Assembly (NCBI GenBank): GCA_043228905.1
Contig: JBHGNT010000015.1
Coordinates: 6,944,001 to 7,008,000, forward strand
Direction of reading: 5' to 3'
Length of the DNA: 64,000 nucleotides
Source: Azolla caroliniana
Taxonomy: Eukaryota; Plantae; Polypodiophyta
Part shown: in pieces, positions 57,601 to 64,000 of the stretch
Layout: each line of letters begins with the position of its first letter
Position numbering within the stretch: position 1 is the stretch's first letter
The notes under the pieces: generated by a model
Seen by the model: the letters and a program-made list of their open reading frames with translations, nothing else
The model's database searches: none
What the model was told of the DNA's origin: nothing
Translations under genes and position numbers: made by a program

Positions 57601-59922
57601 ATCGCTTTCAGCTTCTTGCCGGATTCCCTTTCCACTCTCGCGTGGAGTTCTTTGAAGACGCACAACACTTGGTCCTTTGTCTTCAACAGTGCCGTCCACA
57701 GCTTCCGGCTGTGGTCATCAATGAATGTCACGAAGTACTGGGCTCCGCCATGTGACTTCGTTTCTACTTGACACACGTCAGTGTGCACCAACTCCAATGG
57801 TGCGCTTCGTCTCGTCGGTGGCCTTGAGTGGAAGGAGGTTCGGTTCTGTTTACCGGCCAGGCAATCGGTGCACTTCTCCAGGTGCACATGCTTCACTGGA
57901 ATAAGGTTGTCTTCTGCAAGCCTCTTCATCCCCTTCTCACTCATGTGACACAGTCTCTTGTGCCACAGCTCACCGGCAGTATCGGCTGCCACGTTCAGCT
58001 CCTCCGGACATAGCCGGGAATTCATGAGGTACAGTGTGTTGATCTTCCGGGCCCGAGCCACTATCAGGCTCCCTTTGCTGAACTTCATGACACCGTTCTG
58101 GATGCTACCCGTGTAGCCTTCATCGTCTAGCCTCCCGGCCGAAATCAGGTTCAATCGAACCTCCGGAACGTGTCGGACATCCTTCAGCAGCATCTTGCAT
58201 CCGGTTGATGTCATCAACCACACGTCTCTTATGCCGGCAATTCGGCATGTACCTTCATTTCCCATCCGGACACAGCCGTGCTCACCGGCTGTGTAGGATG
58301 AGAAGTATTTCTTCTCCGGGGTCAGGTGGAACGACGCTCCGGAATCGACCACCCAGGTCATCTCTTCACCGGCAAGGTTTAGCTCCGTCTCTTCGGTAAT
58401 GAGCATTATCTCTTCTTCACTTGCCGCGAGTGCCGTCGTTCCTTTCCGGTCCTGCCCTCGCCGATCCGGACCTCTCCGGTTCGTGGCTCCCCGGTATGCA
58501 CCGTTTCTCTCCGGTGACTTCTTCGAATCGGTGTCGTCGGCCCCGTTGTCCTTTCGGTAATGCCGACAATTCTTCCGGAAGTGCCCCGGCTTCCCACAGT
58601 GGAAGCATGTGGGTCTTCCTCTTGACTGCGACCGGGTCCCCGACTTCTCCCGTCTTTGCGGACTCCGGTTCCATTGTCTTCCCCGATCCGATTCGGTAAG
58701 CAGCATCTTCGGATCGGAAACCGGTTCTTTATCTCTCCGACGCGCTTCTTCGTTCAAAATGCTTGTCTTTACCGTTTGTAGAGACAAGTTATCTTCGGTG
58801 CAGGAGGTGCTGAGAGTCACCACCAAGTTCTCCCAGCTTTCCGGCAATGTACACATCAGAATGATGGCTTGCATTGCATCCTCCAACGGGAACTTGATCG
58901 CCGCAAGCTGGTTCACGAATCCCATGAAGGTGCTCACGTGTTCCACCATATTCTCGCCATCCCGGTACTTGAGGTTCACTATCTTCCTCATCAGGGAGGT
59001 CCGGTTCAACGCATTCTTCCTCTCGTAGAGGCCCGACAGCTTCTTCCACATCTTATATGCGTTGGTGTCATTCGCCACATGTTGTAGAACGCTTACATCG
59101 ACATATTGCCGGATCGTCGCTACGGCTTTCCGGTTCAGGAGCTTCCACTCCGACTCTATTACCCCCTTGGGTATCTCGGCATTGTCGATCGGTTCATACA
59201 GGTCTCAGACGATGAGAAGGTCTTCCATCTTTATCTTCCAGTCGGCGTAGTTCTGTGAGTTCAACACCATCATGCCCGGAGGCCCACTACCGCCGCCTTC
59301 CATTTTCTGTGTTACCGTGCTCTGATACCACTTTGTTGCACACAGTGCTCGGCCACAACCGAGGAATAGGATCACCTCACAGAAAACAGGAAATATAAAA
59401 TGCACGAAAACAATAGAGAGAAGAGTACACAGGGTGTTTTACGTGGAAAACCCTAAATGGGAAAAACCACGGGAGTCCTCAAACTCCAACTATCACTATA
59501 CACAGAGATGTACAATGGTGAAGCTACAAGGCAACAACCTTGAGCTCACTGTCTTCGCCACAGGTGGCGGTAATGCACAGAGGCGTCGACCTCTTCCTCT
59601 CTCTCTCTCTCTCGGCTGCTCTCACTTCGCTCTCTCGGCTACTCTCACTTCGCTCTCTCGGCTGAAAACATAAAAATGAGCAACAACATAAAACTGTTTG
59701 CCCTAAGTCATATTTATACACATATGACTTTCGGGCTATTTACAAATATAGCCTCAAGGGCCCTTGGCAAACATATTCACAAATATGTCCCCGCATCCGG
59801 ATCTCGCTCCGGGTACATTCATCATCCGGCTCCGTAGCCGGGACCGTAACCGTAACCGTAACCGTAACCGTAACCATAATTCATCTCCGGACATCCCATT
59901 CGGAGGGACCGAAATCCCAACA
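54620..59922 (-). mobile_element. Full-length young Ty1/copia retrotransposon
   Basis: LTRs 59334-59922 and 54620-55219. TSD TGTCG. PBS TGGTATCAGAGC at 59319-59330. PPT GAAGGGGGAGTT. Confidence 0.97.
55230..59303 (-). pseudogene. Copia Gag-Pol polyprotein, single frame with two premature stops
   Basis: 1358 codons from MEGGGSG. CFHCGKPGHFRKNC, VDSGAS, HHCC, QMDVKTAFLHG, YVDD, RTKHI. Stops at 59205-59207 and 55761-55763. Confidence 0.95.
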
Positions 59923-60124
59923 TGTCGCTCTCTCTCTCTCTCTCTTACGCACTGTACAGAGGTTACACCAATAACTCTATCATCATAACTATTATGTTTG
60001 CCCTAGGTCATATTTATACAAATATGACTTTTGGGCTATTTACAAATATAGCCCCAATGGGCTCTCTGGAACATATTTACATATATATCCCTTCCATCCG
60101 ATGAGAGGTTCTCACTAGGCCTAC

Positions 60125-60335
60125 AACATCCGGTTCTCACCGGGTCTTCCTTGTCGGGTACTCGTCATCCAGTTCTCACCGGTTCTTCCGTTGCCGGGTA
60201 CTCCACATCCAGTTCTCACCGGGTCTTTCATTGTCGGGTACTCGTCATCCAGTTCTCACCGGATCTTCCGTTGTCAGGTACTCCACATCCAGTTCTCACC
60301 AGGTCTTCCGTTACCGGGTACTCCACATCCGGATT
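60125..60335. repeat. 39-bp tandem repeat (about 5 copies) in copia LTR U3
   Basis: CATCCAGTTCTCACCGGGTCTTCCGTTGTCGGGTACTC-type unit. Confidence 0.9.
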
Positions 60336-60409
60336 CCCATCAACACTGTTCTTCTCACTTCCCATCTGGAGGGACCTGTTTCCTAACATATGTTTCCATG
60401 GTATTAGAG

Positions 60410-63400
60410 TGTGGGGGTTACAAGAATCCTCTACTGCCGACAAAGCGAACAAGATAGAGACAATTTTTTCGTCTTCTAGAAAAGAAAATGTTTATCCTGG
60501 GCTAGACTTCATCCACAAACACAAGGTATCCCCTTTCCGGAATACTTCTCCAAAGGTGTGGTAAGAGAGATAGATTAATGTCGTTACAACTTATACACTC
60601 ATCCGGTTACTTTCCGGAACATATACATATTAACCGATTATAGGTTACACGTGTAAGATTAGAAAATGCAAGCATAGACAGCAAGCAGACAAGATAAAAC
60701 GACAAGAATTATATTACTCACTCTCTAATAAATACAAAACAGTGTTGATCTGGATCAATACATCCATCCAGATCCGTCACTACTTCATATACTTTTCTAG
60801 TTATCTAATATTTGATTTCCAGTTCACACTCTCAGAACATTCTCCCCTCCATGGCCAACACATGGCACGTCTAATGGGACAGTGCCTTGCACGTCGAACC
60901 CAGGGGTATTCACCGACTCCTTTATTCCTCCTCGAGAGTGTCTTGGATGTCCTAGTCGACCGGTTTCAGTCGCTCTTCTTCATCTACTGTCTATTGTTGT
61001 TGTTGATCTACACCAGCCGTTTGTTGCTCATACTCACCCTGTTGTGGCCTGGTTACTTGCTTTGGTTGCTACTCTTGTTGTATCTTTGGTTGCAGCTTTT
61101 GCGACTCTGGTTCTGCTCTCTGCGTCTCCGGTTGAGGTTCGGCTGTGACTACTGGTCCAATCTTGCTCGCATCCATTCCTGCCAGTTGTGACAATCATCC
61201 GGATTCTCTTAATCCCCAATCGTACTTTCTACTCCGTCGCTTGCTTTTGTTGCTTATGTTGAATGATCAACTGTGTTGTGACTGTTGCTTGAATCTCATA
61301 ATTCGCTACTTGAGTTTGGTAGGTCGCCTATACCTTATCCAATACCACCTTCGACCGTTTGATTCTTCAGGTTTGCTCGGTTAGTAGCTCCATCCATTCC
61401 TTTGTTGCGGCTTCCAATAGTTTCACCGTTGTCTCCTCCAAAACTTTCTCTTGCACCACCAAGGCTTCCGTTTTCTCCTTCACCTTTGTGCGGGCGTCCT
61501 TTAGTTTTTTGCGCTGCCAGTCATATTATTTATAATCATCCATGTGCTCCCGGTACAAATTTTCGAAATCCTCCATTTTTTCTTTCACACATCGGTTTGA
61601 TTGTGCCCGCAACGGATCGTCCCTATCCTTCTATTGCCGGAGCTCTTCTTTCAACCGTTCGATTTCGGTTTTTGCCATTTGTCAGAGCTTGTCCTTCTCT
61701 TGCTGCAGGGCATATTTTTCTTCCTTTACCGAGTCCATGTTTCCTTGCATCCTTCGGAATCCCTCCATTTTCCGCTTCTCGTCTTCGGCTGATTTTCGGA
61801 ATTGTTTCTCCTTTTCATTCAATGTGTCTTGCGCGGCCAATTCATCCTTCAAAGCCTTTAGCTCCTTCTCCCATTCTTTTTCTTTCTCCGGTGTCGTGTC
61901 TGCAATCGGTTCCTCCCTCCAAGCTTTGTTCGGTATTGTATTTGGTACCATTGATTCCAACTCTGTTGTGTTCTCCTAGCCTAGATGTGCCTATATGGCC
62001 AATAACTCCTTGAACTTTTCCAATTCTTTCTCCAACGCCTGAATGCAGCTATGGGTCTCCGCCAATTGTCCAACCATTGTCACTATCCTTCCCTCTAGTG
62101 TGGACTGATTCATCCATTCCCACCATTCTGCGTCCACTCGTTTTGCCACCCCGGTGACTTGTTGTCCCAACCATTCAAGTAGTTGCTGGCAAGTCTCGTG
62201 TTGGGTGATTACTGCAAACTCATGTGCCGCCACCGACATTCCTCCTAACTCATAGCATTCCTCCTTGTTCTCAAGCTTCCCTTAGGATCTGCAACATCGA
62301 CTCTTCTTGCATTCCTATTTCCGAACCACTCAGGTTCTCTAGCCAGTTGTCTACCTCATTCCTTTGCTCATTTGCCTGACCCAATTGAGTTTGCCTTTCT
62401 GACTCTGGTTCCGACTAAACCGTTTGAACCGCTTCTGGTCTTGCCCTGTCTACGTGCTCCACCAGCCTTGAGTCCACCACTGTTGACTTGACGGTCGGTG
62501 TTATGTCTAAATCAGGACCTAATTCGCTCCCCCTACACATATGATCGTCATGATACACTCTTCTACGTCTCTGGACCGGTTGCTCCTCTTCTTCTTCTAG
62601 CTCTTCCTCGTCGGCAGTCTCCTGGTGTTTCCTACCGGCTAGTTGTCCTTGCACCGTCTCTTTCCTCCTTAGCTTCATGCGAATAGGTTTTGATGGTCTA
62701 GGAAGTGCTCCTCTCATAGCGACCGAAGGCGTTTCACATCGTCAAGGTTCTTTAGCCAAGTCGGGGGTGTGCTTACGTCGGTCGTACTATTTGATCTACC
62801 TGCCAACTCCGGATGTCGTAAATTTTTCCAGCCGCGGTTAGTTCTGCTGATTCTGCAACCTAGTTAATTACGGTGCTTTTCTAGAGACGTCGTTGCTATG
62901 AAAGTTCGTTTCGTTCAGCTGGCCTCTGGTGTCTGTCGTCCTCTTATCCCCTACATCCTTGTTTCTTACGTGTCACTACAGAGCCTTGAATAAGTTTGCT
63001 AGCATCCGTCCTTGATACGGTTTTAGCTAGAATCCGTTCACCCATTTGTTGAGCAATTCCCCAGCTAAGGTTCCCAGTTGATAGGATCCCTTAAATCTTT
63101 TGGTTATCCAATAAGGTCCCGTATATCTGAATCAGAGCTATCCTGCATGCTCCCCATCCGTGTCTGAAATACCAACACCGGTTTTTCAATTCCGAATTCC
63201 TTCTCGTTGCCCTTTTGGTGGCGATCCATGAACGCTTTCCTTCGTCGTTGTTCCAATTGCACCTGCAGTAGACTCAATATCCGATGCTCTTTGAGTTTGC
63301 ACAACTTCTCCAATCGAACCCATCACGATTCTTGTTCGCTCAACCGCTCTCGTACTTGTACACGCAAACTCGGAATGTGAAATTCCATTGGCATTACCGC

Positions 63401-63430
63401 TTCCAATCCCAAAGCCAGCTAGGGTGGTGT
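60410..63430 (-). mobile_element. 3' part of an Athila/Tat-like gypsy element (integrase tail, extra ORF region, PPT, LTR)
   Basis: GLEAVMP..RRRKAFMDRH..GPYWITKRFKGSYQLGTLAG..WVNG on the minus strand. PPT GGAGGGGAGAA precedes TGTTCTG at 60839. Distal LTR end uncertain. Confidence 0.65.
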
Positions 63431-63985
63431 GGTAAAGATTAAAGTGCGGAAGCTAAACAAACTAGATCCGGCTCTGCCATATAGCAATAGAAAGCACAAT
63501 CGAATATCTATGGTGAGAGAGAGAGAGTACATTATGCGGGAAAGACAGAGAGAGCAGAAGGAAAACATATGTAAACGTGAGTGTTTGCGGAAGCGTAAAA
63601 CAGAGAACAACATAGAGAGAGAGAGAGAGAGAGAAGGAGAGAGAGAGAGAGCATAACACAATTTCAAAATTATTTCAAGACTCTGTATACACACTATGCT
63701 AAGTAGCACTATTTATACAAGTCCTCTTGGGATTGACAGAAGTACCATGTACTTCAATGCTCACACGAGCATCTGACACTTACTACGAGACTATAGCTAC
63801 CTAGTAGTCTATCCTATACTAGGCTTCCGATTGGACTTCCGGTTACGGATTGCACCCGGCCTCCACTGCTTGCCAGTTCGGTTGCTCACCGTCATACCGA
63901 TCCGTCTCGCTTACCGGCTCCGGCTTATTCAGCCGATCCAACTCCGGTTGAGCTTGCCGCTCAACACTCCCCCTCAAGCTCAACC
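63431..63985 (-). mobile_element. Copia 3' LTR (to 63966) and PPT; the element continues beyond the window
   Basis: GAGGGGGAG followed by TGTTGAGCGGCAAGCTCAAC; same LTR family as 8662 and 31354. Confidence 0.82.
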
Positions 63986-64000
63986 TGAGGTGGGGTCGTA

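Larger units (their letters stand above)
54336..60388 (-). mobile_element. Copia solo LTR (54336-54619 plus 59923-60388) split by a younger copia
   Basis: Homologous to 1807-2381. TG...CA termini; flanks TATTT/TATGT. Confidence 0.78.

Noticed and set aside
60742-62013. Plus-strand hydrophobic ORFs as membrane or env proteins
   Set aside because: They are antisense shadows of the purine-rich minus-strand coiled-coil region.

Overview
Eukaryotic, plant-type genomic DNA, most likely from a seedless plant such as a fern or lycophyte. This is inferred from Tcn1-like chromoviruses with canonical chromodomains, plant tRNA-iMet/tRNA-Trp primer sites and GT-AG introns; it is not proven. Most of the window is a nest of LTR retrotransposons: self-priming Ty3/gypsy chromoviruses, a tRNA-Trp-primed non-chromovirus gypsy family with 4-bp CpG-centred target sites, several Ty1/copia families, solo LTRs and a TRIM. 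Every element carries stops, frameshifts or deletions. A small host-gene island at about 50-53 kb holds a two-exon secreted protein of unknown family (433 aa) and a small secreted peptide precursor with a divergent CLE-like dodecamer. The most unusual signals are: (i) a non-coding 1.7-kb insertion with terminal direct repeats and a minimal type-I hammerhead-like ribozyme (Penelope/retrozyme-like); (ii) antisense tRNA-like A/B boxes in the LTRs of two unrelated gypsy families; (iii) NCGN target-site preference; (iv) a structured 104-bp tandem array inside an LTR. Coordinates were counted by eye and no database searches were possible.
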